A program made the translations under genes and the position numbers. Under the pieces are notes generated by a model. The model saw nothing but the letters and a program-made list of their open reading frames with translations. It was not told where the DNA came from and ran no database searches. Shown here in pieces: positions 34,583 to 43,460 of a stretch of 57,650 bases of DNA (position 1 is its first letter; each line of letters opens with the position of its first letter). This DNA is from a virus (taxonomy: Duplodnaviria > Caudoviricetes), in IMG/VR virus record IMGVR_UViG_3300023301_000010, positions 1-57,650 of that record, one strand, 5' to 3'.

Positions 34583-36101
34583 TTGAGTTTTGTTTCAACT
34601 CGGGAAGATCGATCTGCTCGCCATCTGCACCCTCTACATGGAAGAACTCTTCAGGTAGTGACCACACATGGATACCCTTGCTCTTAATCCGCCAGTACAT
34701 CTTGTCGGCACCCGCATCGGTCAAACGAAGAGTGATCTTGTTGGAAGAGTACGAGTTGAATTTGTTCACTTCCAGATGCTTTTTCACATCCTTGATTTGG
34801 AACCAAACTCGACCCTCTGTCCAAACGGCGATGCCCTGCAAAATGTCATCACGAGTTTCACCCCGCGCACGGTCACAACAGAAAGCAGTGAGCAGTTCTT
34901 CAAACTCACCCCGCAACGTGGCATCGGGCGGAACTTCAACAACGGTTACGTTGTCCAACAAAGTCTGCATACGCGTCTGCCATGCACGGGCGTTCACCGT
35001 AATGGGGTAGCGATTAATCTGCCCAACGCATTCTTTCTGGAACTGCACTTGGCTGACCAGTGCCTCGGTGCTGAGCTCTACCCGCTTGCCGTCAACGTTG
35101 AGGATCCAAATAGGCGGATCACCGTTGATCTTGATCAGAGACGAAAGGTCATTGTTTGACTGCCCCGGCCCTACCCCGAACTTACGGGTCAGGCACAAAG
35201 CCTTGTTGCAGAAGCTTGCGATGGGTTGGTCATCACACTTGTAGAAGTAGTCCTTCTTCTGCAACTGTTTGATGATAGTCGACACTTCGCCGTGGCCCAA
35301 GGGCGGCTTCATGTAGTCCATATTGTATTTGACGATCAGCTGTTCCCAGTTGTCCGAATCGCTCTGCCGCGCGTACACCCCTAGGTCGAACAAAGCGTTG
35401 TTTCTGCCGCCTTCGCCAAAGCCCTGAGCGCAAAGGTGCTGAAGGCAGGGTGGTCCTTCGGGCAGCAGCTCTTGCGCCTTCGCGGGGCTCAGCTTTACCT
35501 TGAAGAAGGTATCGGGGGCTATTACCCGGCCTTCTGCAAAAGGTATGAACTCGTCGAGGCTGAGGGAGTCACCTTCCAAGCCGAAACCGTAGCGGGTTGT
35601 CATATCCCCGCCGAAGTACGGCATGTTCAGAAAGTTGCCAGTATCGCCACGCTCAACCAACAGGTGAGTCTGTTTGGGGAAGATTTCGCTGCCCGCGTAG
35701 CCGATGGCTCCGGACACCCCCTGAAGCTTTTCCTGCAAATCTTCTGCAGAAACTTCTTCCGTAAAGAAGAAGTACACATGCGCTCCGCCCGACTTGGAGC
35801 GGCACACCACCGCGTTCAAACCCATCTTTTCCAGTTTGGCGATGAGCTTCTTGTGGTTGACATCGTACTTGTCGATATCAATGGCACCCCAATGACAATG
35901 GTCATTGTCTTTGATTGGAATGATGCCAAGGCCGACCTCACCTTCTAGGTGGTCTAGCCAATGCTGCAATCCAGTCTCCTCGCGGAGAACCTTTGCGTTA
36001 CCTTTCTGTTTTCCTTCACCTTTATCGGTCGAAGGTTGAAAGGTACCGTGCGCGCGGTCATTTCCCCTGAACAGGGACATCAGTCTTTCTGCTTGATCCA
36101 T
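34572..36101 (-). CDS. Primase (AEP-type) with PriCT-like domain
   Basis: WGAIDID, RSKSGGAH, EIFPKQ, GNFLNMPY, PPC...GGRNNALF, Cys cluster. Confidence 0.85.
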   Translation of the reverse strand: MDQAERLMSLFRGNDRAHGTFQPSTDKGEGKQKGNAKVLREETGLQHWLDHLEGEVGLGIIPIKDNDHCHWGAIDIDKYDVNHKKLIAKLEKMGLNAVVCRSKSGGAHVYFFFTEEVSAEDLQEKLQGVSGAIGYAGSEIFPKQTHLLVERGDTGNFLNMPYFGGDMTTRYGFGLEGDSLSLDEFIPFAEGRVIAPDTFFKVKLSPAKAQELLPEGPPCLQHLCAQGFGEGGRNNALFDLGVYARQSDSDNWEQLIVKYNMDYMKPPLGHGEVSTIIKQLQKKDYFYKCDDQPIASFCNKALCLTRKFGVGPGQSNNDLSSLIKINGDPPIWILNVDGKRVELSTEALVSQVQFQKECVGQINRYPITVNARAWQTRMQTLLDNVTVVEVPPDATLRGEFEELLTAFCCDRARGETRDDILQGIAVWTEGRVWFQIKDVKKHLEVNKFNSYSSNKITLRLTDAGADKMYWRIKSKGIHVWSLPEEFFHVEGADGEQIDLPELKQNSNVI

Positions 36102-36124
36102 AACCCCATCCCTAAACGCATTAG

Positions 36125-36144
36125 AGGGACAGGTTGCCCTGTCC
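36125..36144 (-). terminator. Hairpin/weak terminator after the SSB gene
   Basis: GGGACAGG-GCAA-CCTGTCCC; the T tract is on the plus side. Confidence 0.5.
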
Positions 36145-36172
36145 CCCCCTTTTTTATTTGTTTACCGACCCA

Positions 36173-36970
36173 TCAGAAAGGAACGTCGTCGTCAAGCACA
36201 GGACCACTGTGTTCCTGCTCTTCCTTCACCTTGACATCACCCGCCCGGACAGATTGGGCAAAGCCGTAGGCGAGCTCAAACATTTCAACGTCGTCAGAAA
36301 CAGACTCGTCGAGCGCACGCGCACGGCTGACTTCCCAACCGAACCACGAACCCTTGTCATTGCGCTCCTCTACCGTGCGAAGCGTATAAACACTGGACAT
36401 CATTGGCATGGTGTAGAGGCGACCGTTGGCATCACGCCCCGTAAGGGACTGCATCTGAGTGAGCCACTTACGGGCCTTTTTCAACTGCGTCGACGTCATC
36501 GTGATAAGGCAACGCTGCGGACCCAGATCGGGATGCATCAGCAATACAAAGAACTGCGCCGTATTGGTCAACAAGTTGCCGTTGGGCAAAATGTCGTTGC
36601 CACGGTCGTCCTTGGTCGTGCGCTTGATAATGGGGTCATCAGCGGAATAGCTGCCCACATACCCGCCGCCCTGATCCCGAGGACGCCATTCAACCATGCG
36701 ACGGCTGTAGTGGCACGGCACAACCAGAATACCCTTTTCACCGTCGTACGCTTCGTTGGCGACAGTGTTGAAGATCATTCCGGCTTCGGCACCCTGCACA
36801 TAGGCACCGTCACGCTTGTTGACCTGCGGGCTGAGCTGAGCCAAAATGCGGAGGAAAGGAACAGAAAGATCCTGTGCCGTAATTTCCTCAAACCCGCTTC
36901 CGGCAGCAGCGGCAAACCCACCACTGAGGGCAATGGCAGTTTCTTTCTTCACTGCAACTTGCTTAGACAT
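36173..36970 (-). CDS. ssDNA-binding protein
   Basis: PFLRILAQLSPQV, MTSTQLKKARKW, NDKGSWFGW, acidic tail DDDVPF. Confidence 0.8.
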   Translation of the reverse strand: MSKQVAVKKETAIALSGGFAAAAGSGFEEITAQDLSVPFLRILAQLSPQVNKRDGAYVQGAEAGMIFNTVANEAYDGEKGILVVPCHYSRRMVEWRPRDQGGGYVGSYSADDPIIKRTTKDDRGNDILPNGNLLTNTAQFFVLLMHPDLGPQRCLITMTSTQLKKARKWLTQMQSLTGRDANGRLYTMPMMSSVYTLRTVEERNDKGSWFGWEVSRARALDESVSDDVEMFELAYGFAQSVRAGDVKVKEEQEHSGPVLDDDVPF

Positions 36971-36971
36971 C

Positions 36972-37517
36972 TCACTTCCCCTTGATCTTGGCCTTGCGGC
37001 CCGTAAAGATACCGAATAGGTCCGACGGGATACCATTACCCGCTTCTACCTGTTCCTTGACAAACGCCTTCAAAGTCATGGGTTCGACCCATTCCTTCTG
37101 CGACGTAGCAAACCCCTTAGACTGGAGTTCTCCGGCCACGGACTTTGCAACGTTGTCCTCGTTGCGGCCGAAGCTTACACTGACCACGTTCTTGATCAGA
37201 TCGCCGTGGCTATTGGACCGTAGCCAGTTGAACGCTTCTTCAGTGCGGTCCTTGGGTATAGAAGCCCCGTAGAACGTCTGCACGCTGACGGTAGAACCAT
37301 CGTCCATGCGAAGTTCTTTCAAGCCGTACTCTTCAAGCGCGGAAGGCAGCATGTCTTCGGCAATAGACCGAAACTCTTCCTTCTTCTGCTTGAGCAGCTC
37401 TTCCAAGCCTTCAATATCCATTTCCAATGCCAACTGTCGGCGCACCAACCCGGCAACACTGGACAACCCGTCTTCGTCCAGACGACTCAGCTCGTTTGCA
37501 GCTTCTGCAAAGCGCAT
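36972..37517 (-). CDS. Conserved replication-module protein
   Basis: AFNWLRSNSHGDLIKN...VEPMTLKAFVKE. Confidence 0.8.
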   Translation of the reverse strand: MRFAEAANELSRLDEDGLSSVAGLVRRQLALEMDIEGLEELLKQKKEEFRSIAEDMLPSALEEYGLKELRMDDGSTVSVQTFYGASIPKDRTEEAFNWLRSNSHGDLIKNVVSVSFGRNEDNVAKSVAGELQSKGFATSQKEWVEPMTLKAFVKEQVEAGNGIPSDLFGIFTGRKAKIKGK

Positions 37518-37521
37518 CTTT

Positions 37522-37845
37522 CTACTCCACCTCTGGCCTGTGAAACAGGTTCACGGCAATGGGTAGGTAACGGTTGTCTATCCGGTCCCACTTCAACACC
37601 TTGAATCTGCCGTTATTGCTCACCGCTGCAAGAGCACAAGCGATACCGATACAAACGGGGTCGCCCGCTAGTATAAGGTAGTCCTTGTCTGTGAACTTGC
37701 TGAGCTTCCGTTCCATGCGGCGAACGGTAGGCATTGCGGAGAGTGCTATCTGGTCCTTTGCAGGAACCAGAATATCCAGCTCGCCGAACACCACTGCGTC
37801 GGAAAGATCCCGACCACGCATTTCTTGAGTGATGTACACCGTCAC
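37522..37845 (-). CDS. Hypothetical protein
   Basis: VYITQE...DYLILAGDP...LKWDR; GTG start after GGGGAG. Confidence 0.75.
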   Translation of the reverse strand: MTVYITQEMRGRDLSDAVVFGELDILVPAKDQIALSAMPTVRRMERKLSKFTDKDYLILAGDPVCIGIACALAAVSNNGRFKVLKWDRIDNRYLPIAVNLFHRPEVE

Positions 37846-38117
37846 GGCTTTCTCCCCGTTAGTGAGCCATAGTACGCAGCCCAAGCTTTCGGGCAAGCCT
37901 CATTTTGTCGAGCACTTTCCTATTAAGGCAGTTTTTCAAACAGAGAGTGAAAAATAACGCTTTAGGGTTCACTATCAAATATACGATATCTTAACTGGTT
38001 TAAGGATACGAACTATTTCCGTCGGCAGCAAATTGAGTAGAAGAGAAAATAATTTTTGTCGGCTTGGAAACCTCCCTTATAGTGAAAGTGCGACCGACCA
38101 GAAAGGGCAGTTTTCAC
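37846..38117. promoter_or_regulatory. Divergent AT-rich promoter region
   Basis: Lies between head-to-head genes; contains CTTAAC-N4-TTAAGG at 37990-38005. Confidence 0.6.
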
Positions 38118-39557
38118 ATGCTACGATACAACTTCAAACTGAAGCCCTTCGCGCATCAGTTAGAGGCTCTTGAACGTTCGCACGACAAGGAAGAATATGC
38201 CTTGTTCTGTGAGATGGGAACGGGCAAGTCCAAGATTCTTATCGACACGATGAGTATGTTGTACGATCGTGGTGAGATCGCAGCGGCGTTGATCGTTGCT
38301 CCCAAGGGCGTTTACAAGAACTGGGAGCAGAACGAGCTACCCGTTCACCTGCCAGACCATATTGTACACCGCACAACGGTCTGGTCGCCTTCGACCACCG
38401 CTTCCAATCTGGGGAAGCTTGCCGATTCTCTCAAAAAGTGCGACGCGCTGCATATTCTGGTCATGAATATTGAAGCCTTCAGCACCGACAAAGGTACTGA
38501 TTTCGCCATCAAGTTCGCCAAGGCACACCGTTTGTTGATGGTAGTGGACGAAAGCACCACCATCAAGTCGCGCACGGCCAAGCGCACCAAGAATGTGATC
38601 AAGGTCGGGAAGCTCTCCAAGTACCGCCGGATCATGACTGGTTCGCCCATCACCCAATCTCCTTTGGACCTGTACAGTCAGTGCGACTTTTTGCACCCTG
38701 ACTTGTTGGGGTTCACAAGCTTCTGGACGTTTCAGAGCCGCTACGCCGTCACCGTTAAGCGAAGCGTAGGCTCGCACAGTTTCAATAAGATCACGGGCTA
38801 CCAGAACCTGAGCGAACTGGGTGACATGCTGGAAAAGTTCAGCTATCGTGTTCGCAAAGAAGACTGTTTGGATCTGCCCGATAAGATCTACACCAAAAGG
38901 ACTGTAGAATTAACGGACGAACAGGCTAAGATCTACGGTCAGCTGAAACGCCAAGCCCTTGCCGACCTTGAAAACGGTACGGTAACGGCGCAGCATATTC
39001 TCACTCAACTGCTGAGGCTTCAACAGGTGTGTAGCGGCTTCGTCCGGTTGGATGACGGCACTATTCAAGAGTTTCCCGCTCGCAAGTTGGACGAGCTTTT
39101 GGACACCATCGAAGAAATACCCGGAAAAGCTATCATCTGGGCAAACTTCACCCATGATATATTACGGATAGAAGCAGCATTGGCGAAGGTCTATGGTCGG
39201 GATTCTGTACGTGCGTATTACGGGGGCACTGCCGTTGAAGACAGGCAGCAGATGGTTCGGGACTTCCAAAACATGGACCATCCCCTTCGGTTCTTCGTGG
39301 GGCAACCCCGCACGGGCGGATACGGACTCACCCTTACGGCAGCAACCACCATCGTCTACTTCAGCAACGGGTACGACTTAGAAGTCCGTTTGCAGAGTGA
39401 AGACCGGGCGCACCGTATTGGACAGAAGAACAACGTGACTTACGTAGACATTATCGCTGAAAACACAGTCGATGAGAAGATTCTACGGGCATTGCGCGGT
39501 AAAATCAACATCGCTACTCAGGTGATGGCCGAAGACTATAAGCAGTGGCTCATTTGA
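38118..39557 (+). CDS. SNF2-family helicase
   Basis: EMGTGKS, VVDEST, MTGSP, GGYGLTLT, QSEDRAHRIGQ. Confidence 0.93.
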   Translation: MLRYNFKLKPFAHQLEALERSHDKEEYALFCEMGTGKSKILIDTMSMLYDRGEIAAALIVAPKGVYKNWEQNELPVHLPDHIVHRTTVWSPSTTASNLGKLADSLKKCDALHILVMNIEAFSTDKGTDFAIKFAKAHRLLMVVDESTTIKSRTAKRTKNVIKVGKLSKYRRIMTGSPITQSPLDLYSQCDFLHPDLLGFTSFWTFQSRYAVTVKRSVGSHSFNKITGYQNLSELGDMLEKFSYRVRKEDCLDLPDKIYTKRTVELTDEQAKIYGQLKRQALADLENGTVTAQHILTQLLRLQQVCSGFVRLDDGTIQEFPARKLDELLDTIEEIPGKAIIWANFTHDILRIEAALAKVYGRDSVRAYYGGTAVEDRQQMVRDFQNMDHPLRFFVGQPRTGGYGLTLTAATTIVYFSNGYDLEVRLQSEDRAHRIGQKNNVTYVDIIAENTVDEKILRALRGKINIATQVMAEDYKQWLI

Positions 39558-40152
39558 ACTTGGCATAAGCTTGCGCGAGCTTAATATCGTAAGCGTTCTT
39601 GGCAAATCCCGGACCGTTGTAGCCTCGCGCAAATCCCGCCCAGTCGCGTGTTCGTAGCTCGTCCATAAGGCCGGAGCTCCGTATGAAGTTCAACATCATG
39701 CGGATGTGGTTGGCCTCGTTGTCCAAACAAGCGAGGACCATCGTTTCAACGTCACCGTAACCGACCATCCGGTGGTTGAACCCCATAATCTGCCCCATCC
39801 CCCATGAAGCGGAGCAGAGTGCGGCAGACTGGTTTATCTCCATCGCCTTGTTGAGCCGTTCGTACTGAGCGTTGCCGCCTTTGGGATAGGGCTTATCGCC
39901 CCATTTTCCATAGGCCAACCCTTGCTCAACCGCTCGCGAACGTTGTTCACCACTCAACCGCTTGAAGAAAATGTGCGGTTCGAACAGGATCTTTGGCCTT
40001 CCGGCAGAGTCAAAGCCCGAACCCGAGGATTCCACTGCAATGACGGCACGTAGGGCCGCAGTTTCTATTTCGGCTTCCGCTGCTAGAAGGTCCAAATCGC
40101 GTGGATCAAGTTTGATGGCGGCTCCGCAGAAGTCACCAAAGATAGGGTTCAC
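39550..40152 (-). CDS. Endolysin, N-acetylmuramidase (DUF3380)
   Basis: VIAVESSG, PKILFEPHIF, SASWGMGQIMGFN, FARGYNGP; GTG start overlaps the holin stop. Confidence 0.9.
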   Translation of the reverse strand: MNPIFGDFCGAAIKLDPRDLDLLAAEAEIETAALRAVIAVESSGSGFDSAGRPKILFEPHIFFKRLSGEQRSRAVEQGLAYGKWGDKPYPKGGNAQYERLNKAMEINQSAALCSASWGMGQIMGFNHRMVGYGDVETMVLACLDNEANHIRMMLNFIRSSGLMDELRTRDWAGFARGYNGPGFAKNAYDIKLAQAYAKFK

Positions 40153-40319
40153 GACCGAGACTTCTTTTCGTATATGGACCACCCAATACCAATCAGAGTG
40201 ACCAAAGCCCCGGCGATCGCTTCAAACGAAGCAGCGTCGATCCAACCTTTACCGATGACAAAACCCCCGCCCGCCGTGAGAACGTGGCGGACAATTCCGG
40301 TAGTCATTTCTTTAGACAT
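40149..40319 (-). CDS. Holin (56 aa, two TM segments)
   Basis: MSKEMTTGIVRHVLTAGGGFVIGKGW...IGIGWSIYEKK, directly upstream of the endolysin; not in the ORF track. Confidence 0.8.
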   Translation of the reverse strand: MSKEMTTGIVRHVLTAGGGFVIGKGWIDAASFEAIAGALVTLIGIGWSIYEKKSRS

Positions 40320-40323
40320 CGTG

Positions 40324-43300
40324 TCACCCTTGCTTGGAGATCATGCTGCCGAGAGAATCACCCGGGAACAGTGATTCATAGTCAACCGAAGAACGCGGAC
40401 CCGGAGGCCGAACCGTGATGGTATTGCCAGTAGGTTCTACCAGAGCCGAAGGGACCGTCGGCACAGTAGCGGGCGGGGTCGGTACCGGGGCACGGGCCGG
40501 AACAGGCTGAGGAGGCCTAGGAGCCACGTCAAACTCTGGTATGCCCCGTGCCGGAGGCGTTGCAGAACCTTCGCCCTGCACGCGCATCGGGGCACCGTTG
40601 TCCAACCGCCTGAACCGTTTGGTTTCGGGGTCGTAAGTGACTTCTACAGGTTCGGCATCTTTGCTCAAATCTGGAACAAGGCTTTCGAACATGTAGGCAC
40701 GCATCCGGCGTTCAATCGGACCCGGCACAACTCCCGTTTTGCCGACCGGAGTAGCGAGCGTTGCTGCAAATTCAGTGTCGTACATCGAACGGGTCATCAT
40801 CTGGTCAAAGGCCCGCTGCTGTTGCGCGGAGATGAAGTTCTTACCCAACAGAGCAGCAAGGAAGGTTGCCGACTGCTTATTGGTCGCCATGCCTCGCATG
40901 TACGAACCGATCGAAGGAATCTTAGTGCCGATGTAGTCTTCGATATCCTTGATAACGGAGCCAACGTCGATGCCCCCGCCCTCTACACCCTTCTCAGCAA
41001 AACGGATGCGATAAAGAGCGTCGTTCACAACGGCTACGTTGCGGAACCCTTCCGGCGTAAGGATCTTTTCCAAAGCCTTACGGTTGTTGATCATCGCATC
41101 GGCGAAGGCATTTGGTCCGTCTTCCATGGAAGACAAAACACGGTTCATCGCGGCGGCGCGGAAACCTTCAACCAACCCGTCGTCATCAAAAGACTGGATA
41201 CGAGTGTAGAATCGCCCAAGCTGATCGGGGCTCTTCAACAGGACATCCATGAACTCTTCGGGCGTCTGCCCCTTTTCAGAGTAGGCGTCCAAAAGCTTGA
41301 CCACTTGGTCCTTTTTGATCGCCTTGGTCCGTTCGTTCAATGCCGTGGCACGGGTAGAAAGTACCGAAGCAGCCGTATTGGCATCGACCAGTTCTTCCAT
41401 GATGCCGAGCTGTTCAAGAACAGGCTTGTTCCTGTTGACGAATGTCTGCAGTCGAGTAGGATCGACCACACCGTCTTTCACAGAAGTTTCAAGGGCCTTG
41501 TCCAAAATGACGTTTCGCATGTTGTTCATGGAAGGAACGTCATCACCGATCATGCGGATATATTCCTGCACGTCGCCCAAACGACCGCTATCCGCCTGTT
41601 TGAAGATCTCGTCAGCAACGAGCTCCCCCTGCAACGCATAGCGGGTTTTCCCCGGACGACTGCCCGGAAGCTGCTCGGTGACCTTGTATACGATGCCGTT
41701 TTCAAACGGGATCTGATACTTGTTCAGGTACTCTTCGCGCCACTTGCCGTAGTTGGGGCCGAAGTTCTTTTCAGCCCACCCATCGAGCTCCCGCTTGGCG
41801 ATTTCCAGCTTGCCGAGAAGCTGCGACTGGCCCTTGGCGGCGGCATCGCCCATCAAACCACCGATGTTCTCACGCATCTCACGGTATTGGGAAAAGTTCA
41901 TTCCTTCTCCATTGAAGTCACGCAACGTGCGGACAACACTGGGAACACCACCTTCTGTGATGGCCGTATCGGGAAACTTTTCTTTGAGAACGGTTTGCAA
42001 TTCACCGAGGGATTTCAACTCGGTTTGAGCGTTCAAACCCAGATCATCAGCGGTCTTCAGTAGGTCTGCCTTGGCAGCGTCCTTCATCTGAACAAGCTGA
42101 TCTTGAATTGCCTGTCCACGCTCTACACGAGTTTGGCGGTCGGACGAGGGGAACTTGCTGATCAGAGTACGGGTTTCGTTGGCAATGCCTTCACCCTCGG
42201 AGGCAAGCTCCTTAGACATCACATCGCGACGTTCAGTAAGAGCATCGACAAACCGCTCGGGGAAATTTTTCTGTACGATCACTTCAGCCGGAACATCTCC
42301 CGTCGAAGGGAAAGTTTTCACAGCGAATTCAAACGCCCGACGGATGTTTTCCTGCATACGCTGCATGTTGTTGCGAGCGTCGCCGCTTGTCGCACGCTGC
42401 TGGAAAATTTCTTGGGTCTTGCGGAGAGGAGAATCCAAAGTCTTTTCAGCAAGCGTCAGCGCCGGGGCGGTAACACCGACGGCTTCAAACGCGTCTGCAA
42501 TTTCTTGCGCCCGCTGCATGTCACCGCGAGAAACTGCTTCATCAACGGCCTTTTGGAACTCCGGGCCGATACGGCTACGCACTACGGCAGCAGCCTTTTC
42601 GGGATCGTTGGCTTGATCAATACGGTTCTTAACGAACTCGTATCCCTTCCGCGCGACATACGTAGTAGGGGTTTTCAGAGCTATCGCTTTGAGAGTGTTC
42701 AGTGGTTCTTCAACCAAGGACGAAGTGAAAGCTCCGCTGATCAACGCAGGAATACCCGTGTTGAAACCGAGCTTTTCCTTTTCAACTTCACCCACGGCCC
42801 CTGCGACAGCAGACGAAGCCACTTCGGCAGCAACATAGGCCGCAGGACGGTTTGCAAATGATGCGACGGACTGCCGCACCATTTCTTGAGCGATGTTGGT
42901 CTTGTTCGGGTCGGCCATCACACGGCGCGAAATCTCGCCCGCCAACGGTCCGGCAAAGGCCGAACCCTGAGCACCCCTGCTTACCGCCCCGATCACGGGA
43001 AGAGCAAAGGCAGCGCCGACGCCCGCTGCTCCAGCAGCCTTTTCGGTAAGGCTAACCTCAGGAATTTCAGTCCCGGGGACACCCATGTTTAAGAAACCGA
43101 GGATCTGCTCTTTTTCTTTGAAGTTCGCAGCATTGAAAGTGCGCTCCAAGAAGTTCCGGTTGTTTCCAGACTCTTTGGGAGCATCTACAATGCCCGCTGC
43201 TTCCAACCCACGAACAGCAGTGTTGATAGCGGCGTCGGGAAGAAAGGAAACGGCGCGGTTGAACGCACCGAAAAACGCACGCTGCGCGCCAAGCTCCGGT

Positions 43301-43443
43301 TCAGGCGCTGCCTGATAGACAAGTTCGCCCCGAGCCATGATAGGCACTTTGGGGGTCTTCTTGGTCTCCGTCGGAGGAGATATTTCTTCAATAGAGAAAC
43401 CGGGCAGAAGGTTAGCTGCCGAAACGGGTGTTTCTTCTGCCAC
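40324..43443 (-). CDS. Large internal virion/ejection protein
   Basis: 1039 aa, helical, with Gly/Ala hydrophobic stretches; last gene of the ejection cluster. Confidence 0.75.
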   Translation of the reverse strand: MAEETPVSAANLLPGFSIEEISPPTETKKTPKVPIMARGELVYQAAPEPELGAQRAFFGAFNRAVSFLPDAAINTAVRGLEAAGIVDAPKESGNNRNFLERTFNAANFKEKEQILGFLNMGVPGTEIPEVSLTEKAAGAAGVGAAFALPVIGAVSRGAQGSAFAGPLAGEISRRVMADPNKTNIAQEMVRQSVASFANRPAAYVAAEVASSAVAGAVGEVEKEKLGFNTGIPALISGAFTSSLVEEPLNTLKAIALKTPTTYVARKGYEFVKNRIDQANDPEKAAAVVRSRIGPEFQKAVDEAVSRGDMQRAQEIADAFEAVGVTAPALTLAEKTLDSPLRKTQEIFQQRATSGDARNNMQRMQENIRRAFEFAVKTFPSTGDVPAEVIVQKNFPERFVDALTERRDVMSKELASEGEGIANETRTLISKFPSSDRQTRVERGQAIQDQLVQMKDAAKADLLKTADDLGLNAQTELKSLGELQTVLKEKFPDTAITEGGVPSVVRTLRDFNGEGMNFSQYREMRENIGGLMGDAAAKGQSQLLGKLEIAKRELDGWAEKNFGPNYGKWREEYLNKYQIPFENGIVYKVTEQLPGSRPGKTRYALQGELVADEIFKQADSGRLGDVQEYIRMIGDDVPSMNNMRNVILDKALETSVKDGVVDPTRLQTFVNRNKPVLEQLGIMEELVDANTAASVLSTRATALNERTKAIKKDQVVKLLDAYSEKGQTPEEFMDVLLKSPDQLGRFYTRIQSFDDDGLVEGFRAAAMNRVLSSMEDGPNAFADAMINNRKALEKILTPEGFRNVAVVNDALYRIRFAEKGVEGGGIDVGSVIKDIEDYIGTKIPSIGSYMRGMATNKQSATFLAALLGKNFISAQQQRAFDQMMTRSMYDTEFAATLATPVGKTGVVPGPIERRMRAYMFESLVPDLSKDAEPVEVTYDPETKRFRRLDNGAPMRVQGEGSATPPARGIPEFDVAPRPPQPVPARAPVPTPPATVPTVPSALVEPTGNTITVRPPGPRSSVDYESLFPGDSLGSMISKQG

Positions 43444-43460
43444 GATAAACCTCTTTAAAC

